From NCBI GenBank assembly GCA_050693155.1, contig JBOGWA010000146.1, positions 8,975 through 72,974 of the forward strand: 64,000 bases of DNA, read 5' to 3'. The first letter of the stretch is position 1. Every line of letters starts with the position of its first letter. The translations under genes and the position numbers were made by a program. A model generated the notes under the pieces. It worked only from the letters and a program-made list of their open reading frames with translations. It was not told where the DNA came from and searched no databases. This document shows, piece after piece, positions 55,055 through 63,709 of this stretch. The DNA is from Actinomycetota bacterium. GTDB lineage: Bacteria; Actinomycetota; UBA4738; CALAEC01.

Positions 55055-56701
55055 GTGATCCGGAGGCGCATCCCCGCCCTCCTCCTGCTCATCGCCGTCG
55101 CTTGCTCCGAGGCAGCGCTGCCCGGAGAGCCGCGCGTGCCGGAGGAGTCTCCGCCTGGAACCGGGGGCACGGGCCCCGTGGCGTCCGGGCCGTTCGTCGA
55201 CGCCATCTGTGGGCTTCCGGCCATTCAGGCCCTGCGCGTCTGGCGCGGCTACTACCCGGGCCGTTCCGGCGAGCTCCAGTTCGTCGCCAAGCCCTTCAAC
55301 TTCTTCGGGGGGTGGTCGCATTCGGGGCCGGCGCCCTATCTCCAGCGGATCCCGATGCTCTTCTACGGCCCCGGTCATGTTCCGGCGCTCGGTCCCGTCG
55401 ATCGAGGGGTCACGATGGCCGATCTCGCTCCGACCCTCGCTCGATTCCTCGACTTCGACTTCGAGACCGCAGACGGGTCGGCAATGGAGCAAGCGATCCT
55501 TCCCGACCAGGCTCCGCCTCGTCTCATCTTCGTTCTCGTGTTGGACGGCGGCGGGCGAAACGTCCTGACCGCCTACCCGGATGCATGGCCGAACACGGCG
55601 GAGCTGATTCGCCGTGGGGTCTGGTTCGACAACGCGACCGTCGGCTCGTCGCCCTCGGTGACGCCGGCGATCCACACCACGCTCGGGACCGGAGTCTTCC
55701 CTCGGCGGCACGGCCTCATCGACCTCCGACTTCTGTTCGACGGCCGGTTGGTGGGGCCCCACACCGCCGGACCTCAGTTCCTTCGCGCACCGACGCTCGC
55801 CGACCGCTACGACCAGGCGCTGGACAACGAGCCGGTCATCGCCTTCGTTGCGCCGGAAGGCACGCTGGGGATGATCGGTCACGGTTCCTTCCTCGAAGAC
55901 GCCGACCAGGACTTCGCCCTCGCTCAACGGGAAGGGTCTTGGGGCCTGAGCGAGGCCAACCAAGGCTTCTACGACTTCCCTTCCTACATCAACCAGATCG
56001 GAGGGCTGAACGAGGCGGCGCGCCGACTTGACGTGAGCGACGGCCGACAGGACGACGCCTGGCTGGGGCTGCGCGTGCTGGACACCCCCGCCCAGCTCCA
56101 GCTCACACCGGCGTGGACGGAGTACCAGACGGGCGTGCTCCGCGAGGTCATCCGCCGTGAGGGATTGGGGGATGACGACATCCCGGATCTCCTCTTCACG
56201 AACTACAAGCAGATCGACAAGGTCGGCCACGAGTGGAGCTTCCCGAGCGTCCAGATGGAAGCGGTCGTCGGGGCTCTCGATCGAGCGGTCGGCGATCTCG
56301 TTCGGACGTTGAACCAAGAGGTTGGCCGCGGCGAGTGGGTCCTCGCCCTGACCGCCGATCACGGCGTGACTCCCCGCGAGGACACGACGGGAGGATTCCG
56401 CATCGACATCGGGGAGATGCTCAATGACATCAGTGCGGCCTTCGACGGTGACGGCGATGATCGGAATGTCGTTTCGTCGGTTCGCGTGACACAGTTCTGG
56501 ATGAACACGGACGAGCTCGCCGAAAACGGGTACTCGCTCGAGGACGTGGCAACGTTCGTGATGGAGTACACGAAGGAGCAGAACGTTTTGGACCCGAATC
56601 TGCTGCCCGAAGAGGAGCGGAGTGAGACGCTGTTCGCTGCGGCCTTCCCGGGCCCCGTGCTCGAGAAGAACCTCCCGTGCCTCCCGCCGACGAACGCATG
56701 A
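55055..56701 (+). CDS. Alkaline-phosphatase-superfamily protein (type I phosphodiesterase/nucleotide pyrophosphatase-like), lipoprotein; paralog 1
   Basis: GTG start, signal peptide with lipobox (VIRRRIPALLLLIAVACSEA). Metal-site and nucleophile blocks (…LIFVLVLDGGGRNVL…; …NATVGSSPSVTPAIHTTLGTGVFPRRHGL…; …LALTADHGVTP…). Confidence 0.8.
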   Translation: MIRRRIPALLLLIAVACSEAALPGEPRVPEESPPGTGGTGPVASGPFVDAICGLPAIQALRVWRGYYPGRSGELQFVAKPFNFFGGWSHSGPAPYLQRIPMLFYGPGHVPALGPVDRGVTMADLAPTLARFLDFDFETADGSAMEQAILPDQAPPRLIFVLVLDGGGRNVLTAYPDAWPNTAELIRRGVWFDNATVGSSPSVTPAIHTTLGTGVFPRRHGLIDLRLLFDGRLVGPHTAGPQFLRAPTLADRYDQALDNEPVIAFVAPEGTLGMIGHGSFLEDADQDFALAQREGSWGLSEANQGFYDFPSYINQIGGLNEAARRLDVSDGRQDDAWLGLRVLDTPAQLQLTPAWTEYQTGVLREVIRREGLGDDDIPDLLFTNYKQIDKVGHEWSFPSVQMEAVVGALDRAVGDLVRTLNQEVGRGEWVLALTADHGVTPREDTTGGFRIDIGEMLNDISAAFDGDGDDRNVVSSVRVTQFWMNTDELAENGYSLEDVATFVMEYTKEQNVLDPNLLPEEERSETLFAAAFPGPVLEKNLPCLPPTNA

Positions 56702-59700
56702 GCGACGTCTCCGAGAAGCGGGGAGGCGAAGCGACCGGCGGGGAAGCGTCCTCGGGCATTGCCGGGAGGCTCCAAACGGTCGCTCGGCAACCCTGGCTGG
56801 TTGTCGCCGCGGTGGCCGTGGTCGCCTTGCTGCTCGGTTGGCAGTTCCTCACCGATCCAACCCGAGGGGTTCCCGCCTTCGACGAGCCCTTCTATCAGTG
56901 GCGGGCCGAGTACCTCCAGCAAGCGGAACCGCAGGCGCTGATCGCTCTGCGTGGCGCGCGGGGAGCGCTGGCGGGCGGGTACCGCGTCGCCGAACCGGTC
57001 CTCGGAGCGCTCATGCGCACGGTCGGGGGTCTGGGCGCCTCGACTCCCACGATCGTGCTCTCGGTCCTGTTCCGCGTGATCTGCGCCCTCGGGCTTGCCG
57101 CATTCGCATGGCGACACCGGAAGAGCTGGCTGCTCTTTTACATCACGCTCTTCGCCGTTCCGGCGCTCTTCCTTCTCCAGCGGTTCTTCGGGTTCCTCGA
57201 CAATTTCTTTGCGCTTGCAGTCACAACAGGCGTGCTCCTTCTCTTGGAGCCGCTCCGAAGGAACTGGTTCGCGTGGCTGGCCGTCGCGGGGTTCCTGTTC
57301 ATCGGGGGGCTCACACACCCGACGTCGCTTGCGTTGTTCCTCCTCGCGATCGGCGCCGTGGCCGGCTACCGGCTCCTCCGCGAACGCAGCCTCGCTGCCG
57401 TCCTGCACTCAGAGGGCTGGCTCCTGCTCGCGGGGACGGTTGCGGTCGTTCTTACCGCTGCATTCTGGATGGGGGGACTCTGGGGTGAGCCGTCGAGCTT
57501 CGGCGACGCCGCGGTTCCGCCGCCGGAAGACGTCGATTTCTTCGTCAACCGCTCGCTCGGCGTCTTTCGCGGGCTCCAACCCGAGATCCTCATCCCGATC
57601 GCGGCCATCGGTTTCGTTTACCTCGTCTATCGGAGCCTGAAGAAGAAGGACTCCTTCGCCGAAGTGACGGTCGCCTGGACGCTGCCGCTCGTCGGCATGT
57701 TCGGATTCCTGATCGGGGCGGCCTACCCGTACTTCCGGTTCTTCAACGGCACCCTGGCGCCGCTCGTCGTGGCCGCCGTAGGACTGTGGTTGCTCGCGTA
57801 TGGGCCATCGCTGCTTCGTCGGCGGGCCGTGGCGAAGGTCGGCGCCGGGATCGGCGTAGTCGCGGTCGCGGCGATCCTTTTCGGCTGGTGGTCCCAGGGC
57901 CTTCAGGACTGGAACTCGAGCGGCTCCTGGCTGACACCCGAGCTCCGAGAGCAGACCGCGGCTGCCGACGGCTACCTCGGGGCGGAGCCCGCCAACCGAC
58001 AGGCCGTGTTCGTCGTCGATGCGCAGCCGGGTGAGGTCGTTTCCTACGGGAAGTACAAAGAGGCCGTCAACGGAATCTACGCGGGCCTCGCCGGCGAGCG
58101 GATCGGACGCACGACGTTCTTCTTCGGGCGAATCGAGGACTTCTCGAACGGCACGCCGACGACCACGGGGGACGAGGTCTACGACGAGATATCCAGAGAG
58201 ACCGCCGAGGGAGCACTCGTGTTCCTGATGGACCCCTCGAACGTCGTCGTGTTCGTGCCGGCGGTCTTCAACGAGCACTCACCGAACGCCGAGTTCCTCG
58301 AAGACTGTCCCGCGACCGAATGTCGACAGGTTGGGGAAAGCGGGCTGTTCGTTCTGACCGACCCCGGGGCCGGGGTCTCGGAGCCGTCGCTGGAGACTGC
58401 CGAGCGAGCCGCTGCGGCCGCACGATCCTTCGTCGCGAGCCCTCCTGGCTTCACCAACGGTCTCGGAAGCACGCTTCTCGCGATCTTTCGACTCGTCGCG
58501 CTCTTCGGTCTCCCTGGATACCTGCTGTGGCGTGGCTTCCCCGAACGACGATGGTTGGAGGGACTGGTCCTCGTCCCGTTGCTGTCGATCACGATGCTGA
58601 CGACCGTCGGCGTCTTCCTTCTCGCGGCCGTGCGCCAACCGTTCGGCGAGGCGCTCGGCTGGCTCACCTGGGGGATCGCCTCGGCAGTCGGTGGTCTAGT
58701 GGCCCTCCGGGCCCACGCTCGTCGGAACACTCCCCCGTCGTCGGGACCGTCCGGGTCGCGCGTCGCGCAAATGGCGCGCGACACGCTCAGCCTCTTCGGC
58801 AAGCGGGACTTCACCTTCCTCATGGGAACCCAGTGGTTCGCGCAGGCGGCCGACGGGCTCGTCGGCGTCGCGCTTGCCAAGCACATCGTTTTCGGCGGGC
58901 AAGCGGGGTTCTCGCTCGAGGAGGCCCGGAGTCCGGAGGACATCCTCCGGATCGCGCTCCTCACCTTTCTCCCCTACGCGGTGCTGAGCCCGTTCTTCGG
59001 GGTGCTTATCGACCGCTTCGACCGCAGGAGACTGCTCGTCGGGGCGAACGCGATCCGCACCGTTGCGATCATCGCGATCGCCGTCCTCGGCATCGAGCGC
59101 CTCACCGACTCCCCGTTGGGCGATGGGGTGCTCTTCGGCTCGTTCCTCCTCGTGCTCGCGGGGACACGGCTGATGCTCGCAATCAAGGGCGCCGGGGTTC
59201 CCGCTGTGCTCGGGGAACGCGACCTGATCCAGGGGAACTCGATCTCGCAGGCGGGAAGCGCCATCTTCCAGCTCGGCGGCGCGGGGACGGCCCTCGTGGC
59301 GGCGACGTTCGTGCCCTCGGAGCCCATCATCCTGATCGGGGCCCTCGGGTATGCGGTCGCGACGGCCTCGGCTTGGGCGATCGGACGGCTCGGCTATGCG
59401 GATCGAAGCACGCCGCTTCGCGAAGAGGTCCGCCGCATAGCTCGAGACCTCGCCGAAGGCATCAAAGAGGTGCTCCGACGGCCCCGCGCGGGCCTCGCAC
59501 TCACCTCGTTCCTTGGGATCCGGACGCTGCTCTCGTTCGTCCTCATCTCGATTGCGCTCGCCTCTAGAGAATTCCTCGCGGCGCGAAGCGACGTAACGAC
59601 TGCGATCCCGGCCGTGGCGGGGGCGCTTGGAGCCGCGGTCGGCTTCTTCGCCGCACACGCGATGCGAGAACGTGTCTCGCCGGTTCGGATCGTCGTCGGC

Positions 59701-60060
59701 GCGCTCATGTTCGCCGGCGCCGGCGTCGTCGCCTTCGGAGGGATCATCACCCTCGCCGGGCTCTCCCTCGTGGGATTCGTCGTCGGCGTCGGGTTCTTCC
59801 TGGGCAAGGTGGGCGCCGACACCCTCATGCAGCAGTCGTTGGAGGACTCGTTCCGCGGACGCGGCTTCGGGCTCCAGGACCTCGTCTACAACCTCTCATG
59901 GATCCTCCCCGCGCTCGTCGTCTCGGCGCTGTGGAGTGACGAGCGCGCCCGCGCCCTTCTGATCGGTGGAGGGGTGCTCTTTCTTGCATGGGGGGCATTG
60001 ATCGCACTCTGGGCGCGCACGCTTCCGGCTGAGTCGCCGGCGCATCCGCCTCGACGTTAG
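56698..60060 (+). CDS. Large fusion membrane protein (~1120 aa): N-terminal GT-C-like polytopic domain, central soluble domain, C-terminal MFS-type 12-transmembrane domain
   Basis: ATG overlaps the upstream stop (ATGA). The first extracytoplasmic loop carries FDEPFYQWRAEYL, resembling the ArnT/PMT DE-x-x-Y motif. Residues ~430-640 are hydrophilic. Residues ~640-1120 form ~12 transmembrane helices with MFS-like motifs (…FLMGTQWFAQAADGLVGVAL…). Confidence 0.7.
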   Translation: MSDVSEKRGGEATGGEASSGIAGRLQTVARQPWLVVAAVAVVALLLGWQFLTDPTRGVPAFDEPFYQWRAEYLQQAEPQALIALRGARGALAGGYRVAEPVLGALMRTVGGLGASTPTIVLSVLFRVICALGLAAFAWRHRKSWLLFYITLFAVPALFLLQRFFGFLDNFFALAVTTGVLLLLEPLRRNWFAWLAVAGFLFIGGLTHPTSLALFLLAIGAVAGYRLLRERSLAAVLHSEGWLLLAGTVAVVLTAAFWMGGLWGEPSSFGDAAVPPPEDVDFFVNRSLGVFRGLQPEILIPIAAIGFVYLVYRSLKKKDSFAEVTVAWTLPLVGMFGFLIGAAYPYFRFFNGTLAPLVVAAVGLWLLAYGPSLLRRRAVAKVGAGIGVVAVAAILFGWWSQGLQDWNSSGSWLTPELREQTAAADGYLGAEPANRQAVFVVDAQPGEVVSYGKYKEAVNGIYAGLAGERIGRTTFFFGRIEDFSNGTPTTTGDEVYDEISRETAEGALVFLMDPSNVVVFVPAVFNEHSPNAEFLEDCPATECRQVGESGLFVLTDPGAGVSEPSLETAERAAAAARSFVASPPGFTNGLGSTLLAIFRLVALFGLPGYLLWRGFPERRWLEGLVLVPLLSITMLTTVGVFLLAAVRQPFGEALGWLTWGIASAVGGLVALRAHARRNTPPSSGPSGSRVAQMARDTLSLFGKRDFTFLMGTQWFAQAADGLVGVALAKHIVFGGQAGFSLEEARSPEDILRIALLTFLPYAVLSPFFGVLIDRFDRRRLLVGANAIRTVAIIAIAVLGIERLTDSPLGDGVLFGSFLLVLAGTRLMLAIKGAGVPAVLGERDLIQGNSISQAGSAIFQLGGAGTALVAATFVPSEPIILIGALGYAVATASAWAIGRLGYADRSTPLREEVRRIARDLAEGIKEVLRRPRAGLALTSFLGIRTLLSFVLISIALASREFLAARSDVTTAIPAVAGALGAAVGFFAAHAMRERVSPVRIVVGALMFAGAGVVAFGGIITLAGLSLVGFVVGVGFFLGKVGADTLMQQSLEDSFRGRGFGLQDLVYNLSWILPALVVSALWSDERARALLIGGGVLFLAWGALIALWARTLPAESPAHPPRR

Positions 60061-61787
60061 TACCCGAGAACGTCGAGCCGTGGCGCGGTGTGGAGGTCTC
60101 CCTCGGGATACCGACCGTCGCCGAACGAACGGACCGTGGAATCGCTGAGGCCGGCCAGGAACGAGCCGGGAAACGCGCCGGCGAAGATCCGTTCGTCGAG
60201 AAGAGATTCCGGAAGCGCCGCGAAATCCGCATCGGACGGCAGACAATCTCGGTACGTGAGATCGCCGATGAAGCGGGCGACGTCCTCGAGTCGAATCTGC
60301 CGGTCGCCGATCACCCCGGAGTTCAGATAGATCCCGGAGGGCGTCACCTGCTCCACGACGTCTCCGAAGTGCTCCTGCACGCGGCGGCCGAGCACGTCCG
60401 GGTGGATTCGAACCCCGTCCTTGGTCTCGGGGAGAGGTGTTTGGCCGTGGTCGGCGGTCAGGGCGAGCACGTAGTTCCTCGGACCGATCTCCTCGTCGAA
60501 GAACTCCACGAGCCGACCGAGGACCTCGTCCTGTGCGCGGAGGACGAACTCTTCCTCCGGAGCGACCATGTTCCAGATGTGGCCGCCGAAGTCCGCCGGC
60601 TTCAGCTCCACGAACAGGAAGTCCGTGAGCCCGTCGCGGCCGACAGGCTCCCGCTTCAAGATCTCCACGAGCGCGTCTCCCTGGTAATTCACGAAGGCCG
60701 GGGTTCCCGGAACGATCGTCTCGTCCCCGAGGTCGTGGCCCATCCAGAGACCGTCCCGTGCCCCGTCGCTCGCGTCGAGATCCCGCAAATGCTCATCGAG
60801 GACGTCGGCTCCTGGAAGGTAATCCGGCAGGGTGTACACGTCCTCGTTCGTGAAAAACGTGGACGTTTCGGGCTCCCAGAGCACCGCCACGTCGGCGTCG
60901 CCTCCCGGCGACTGCGATCCCTGCCCCATCATCCCGAGGTGCCACGACTCGTACCCGAGGAGCCCGACCCACGGCCGGTTGTCGTTCTCCCGATCCCAAG
61001 CGTCGGCGAGCGTTTCGGCCTCCAGCAACCGAGGGTTGGCCTCGTCGAAGTAGATCTCGCCGATCCTCCCGTCGGGCAGCCGAGCGACGTTCTCGGAGAG
61101 GCCGTGCTCCTGCGGGTACGCCCCCGTTCCCATCGTCGCGTGGATCGCAGCGGTCACCGAGGGGGCCGAGCCTATCGTCGCGTTGGTGTACGTCGTTCCC
61201 TCGCGGGCAAGGCGGAGTTGCGTTGGCCACGCATCCGGCCACTGCGCGAGGAGGTTCCACCCGACACCGTCGTAGGCGACGACCACGACGACGCGCGGCG
61301 CGCCGTTTCGATCGCGGGGCGGCAGAAGGGCCTCGTGCAGCACCTCACCGTTCGGGGCGTCGAAACCGAAGCCCAGGAGGTCGGTAAACGTTGGGGCCAG
61401 ATCTGCGACATCGATTGACAGGGTGGAAGTCGCGCCCGATCGAACGTACCCGGGCCCGTACAGCATGATCGGGACGCGCTGGTGGTAGTCCCAGGGCGTC
61501 GGGTGGCTGCTTCTCGGGTCGGCCGCCGACGTTCCGAGCCCCTCCGCGCGGAACCTAACGACCGTGTTCCACGGTTGCGGCACGAACGCGACGTCCGGCG
61601 AACGGCCCTCGAAATAGCCCTGCTGGAGGTGCTCGATCACGTCGGCCCCGACCGCGGCGGCCATCTCATCGAGCGTCCTCGACCCGGTCGGCGCCCCAGG
61701 AGAAGACGAGCATCCGCCCGACAGGAGAGCGCCGGCAATCAGCACGGCTGCGATCCGGCGGCGAGCCTGGTTGCGGGTGCGGGTCAC
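60057..61787 (-). CDS. Alkaline-phosphatase-superfamily phosphodiesterase-like lipoprotein; paralog 2
   Basis: Lipobox (…AGALLSGGCSSS…). Same conserved blocks (…VVVVVAYDGVGWNLL…; …NATIGSAPSVTAAIHATMGTGAYPQEHGL…; …LALTADHGQTPLPE…). Confidence 0.8.
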   Translation of the reverse strand: MTRTRNQARRRIAAVLIAGALLSGGCSSSPGAPTGSRTLDEMAAAVGADVIEHLQQGYFEGRSPDVAFVPQPWNTVVRFRAEGLGTSAADPRSSHPTPWDYHQRVPIMLYGPGYVRSGATSTLSIDVADLAPTFTDLLGFGFDAPNGEVLHEALLPPRDRNGAPRVVVVVAYDGVGWNLLAQWPDAWPTQLRLAREGTTYTNATIGSAPSVTAAIHATMGTGAYPQEHGLSENVARLPDGRIGEIYFDEANPRLLEAETLADAWDRENDNRPWVGLLGYESWHLGMMGQGSQSPGGDADVAVLWEPETSTFFTNEDVYTLPDYLPGADVLDEHLRDLDASDGARDGLWMGHDLGDETIVPGTPAFVNYQGDALVEILKREPVGRDGLTDFLFVELKPADFGGHIWNMVAPEEEFVLRAQDEVLGRLVEFFDEEIGPRNYVLALTADHGQTPLPETKDGVRIHPDVLGRRVQEHFGDVVEQVTPSGIYLNSGVIGDRQIRLEDVARFIGDLTYRDCLPSDADFAALPESLLDERIFAGAFPGSFLAGLSDSTVRSFGDGRYPEGDLHTAPRLDVLGY

Positions 61788-61866
61788 TGCGTCACTTTCG
61801 GATTCGTGGGCGAGAGTCTACGCGAGGCCCCCTCCACCCGACGCCGCGTAGATATTCTGCGTGCGT

Positions 61867-63627
61867 CTAGGTCAGAGGCCGGCCGGTGAGCAGTCCCCGG
61901 ACACTCAGAGGAGACGTCAGGTCTCCCTCCGGGTACCGTCCCTCTCCGAGTGCGAGGAGATCTTCGGCGCCGATCTGCTCGAGGAGGCTCCCCGGGATCG
62001 CCGCAGCGAAGACGCGTTCGTTCAGCCGGGCCTCGTCGATGAGCGTCGGGTCGGACCCTTCGGGGAGCGCGTCCCGATACCGGTAGTCGCCAAGGAACCG
62101 CGCGATCTCGCCCACGGCCAGGCCGGCCGAGCGAACCTCGTCCATGTCGAGGTAGACGTCGTCGGGGTGGACGGCTTCGATGACCGACGCGCCGAAGTAG
62201 TCGTTCACCTCATTGGCGATCTGGAGCCGGTCGATCCGCAGGCCGCCCGTCGTCTCGGGAAGAGGGGTCTGCCCGTGATCGGCTGAGACCGCGAGGACGT
62301 ACCGCCCCGCTCCGATGTTTCGATCGAGGAACGAGACGAGCCTACCGATGACCCGATCCTGGGCCCGCAGGATCGCGGCAACCTCAGGGCCTTCCATGTT
62401 CCAGATGTGCCCTGCGTAGTCGCTCGACTTCAGCTCGAGAAATAGGAAATCCGTGAGGTTGTCCGTGGCGATGGGTTCGCGTCGGAGCACCCGGAACAGG
62501 CTCTTCCCCATGTAATCGACGAACGCGGGCGTGCCCGGAACGATGAAGTCGCTCTCGAGGCTGTTCCCCCGCCAGGCTCCGTCGGTAATGCCATCGGTCC
62601 GATCGAGCGCAGCGAGGTCATCGGCGAGGCGCTCGGGCCCGGGAAGATAGGAGGGCAGTCGGTAGAAACGCTCGTTCGTCCAGAGTCGGCCCTCCTCGCG
62701 CTCCCAGAGGACGGCGACGTCGCGATCCCCCCCGAGCGATCGGGTCCCCTTGCCCATCATGCCGAGATGCCAGGACTCGAAGCCGAGCATTCCGACCCAC
62801 GGTTCGTTCCCGTTGGCCTTGTCCCAGTGGTCGGCAAGACTCCCGCGACGAATAAGCCTGGGGTCCGCCTCGTTGAAGAAGAGCTCGCCGAGCTCGCCAT
62901 TCGGGAGTCGTCCGGTGTTCTCCGGCATCCCGTGGAGGCGGGGATAGGCGCCCGTGCCCATCGTCGCGTGGACGGGAGCCGTGACCGAGGGCGCCGAGCC
63001 AACGGTTGCATTCGTGTACGTCGTTCCTCCCGCGGCCAGCCGCCGCACGTTCGGCCACGCTCGGGGCCAGCGTTCGAGGACGTTCCACCCGCCCCCGTCC
63101 TGCACCACGAGCACGACGAGCCGCGGGACCGATCGATCGGGTCGCGGAAGAAGCGCTTCGCGAAGCACCTCCCCGTCCGGCGCCTTGAATGGGAAATCGA
63201 GGATCTCCGCAAACGTCGGGGCGAGGTCCGCAACCGTCACGGGCCAGTCCACCCGCCCTCCGGCCCGGATGGTTCCAGGGCCGGACAGGATGATCGGAAC
63301 CCGCTGGTGATACGACCACGGGGTGGGGTGCGTCGTTCTCGGATCCTCCGGTCCTCTTAGACCCTCCGGCCACTGGCCGATGACGTTCCAGGGCTTTGGG
63401 ACCAAGGAGATCTCTCCCGAGCGATCGGGAACGTATCCCCGAGCGAGGTGCAGGACCACGTCGCGCCCGACGGTGCGAAGCATCTCCTCCACCGTGGGGG
63501 CCCCAGCAGGAGCATGTCGCCGGCCAACGGCCGTGGTGCAGCTCGCCGCGACGAGCGCGCAGACGATGAGCAGCAACGGGCCGACTCGGCCCGGGCGCGT
63601 TCGAGAACGGGGATGCGTTTCACGCAT
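61867..63627 (-). CDS. Alkaline-phosphatase-superfamily phosphodiesterase-like lipoprotein; paralog 3
   Basis: Lipobox (…IVCALVAASCTT…). Conserved blocks (…LVVLVVQDGGGWNVL…; …NATVGSAPSVTAPVHATMGTGAYPRLHGM…; …LAVSADHGQTPLPE…). About 55-60% identical to paralog 2 by eye. Confidence 0.8.
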   Translation of the reverse strand: MRETHPRSRTRPGRVGPLLLIVCALVAASCTTAVGRRHAPAGAPTVEEMLRTVGRDVVLHLARGYVPDRSGEISLVPKPWNVIGQWPEGLRGPEDPRTTHPTPWSYHQRVPIILSGPGTIRAGGRVDWPVTVADLAPTFAEILDFPFKAPDGEVLREALLPRPDRSVPRLVVLVVQDGGGWNVLERWPRAWPNVRRLAAGGTTYTNATVGSAPSVTAPVHATMGTGAYPRLHGMPENTGRLPNGELGELFFNEADPRLIRRGSLADHWDKANGNEPWVGMLGFESWHLGMMGKGTRSLGGDRDVAVLWEREEGRLWTNERFYRLPSYLPGPERLADDLAALDRTDGITDGAWRGNSLESDFIVPGTPAFVDYMGKSLFRVLRREPIATDNLTDFLFLELKSSDYAGHIWNMEGPEVAAILRAQDRVIGRLVSFLDRNIGAGRYVLAVSADHGQTPLPETTGGLRIDRLQIANEVNDYFGASVIEAVHPDDVYLDMDEVRSAGLAVGEIARFLGDYRYRDALPEGSDPTLIDEARLNERVFAAAIPGSLLEQIGAEDLLALGEGRYPEGDLTSPLSVRGLLTGRPLT

Positions 63628-63709
63628 GGGAAAACCGCTCGGTCGAGCGCTCCGAACGGTGCCCTAGAATATGCGCGCTTGAACGAGAACACTCGCCCAG
63701 GCGATCCCC

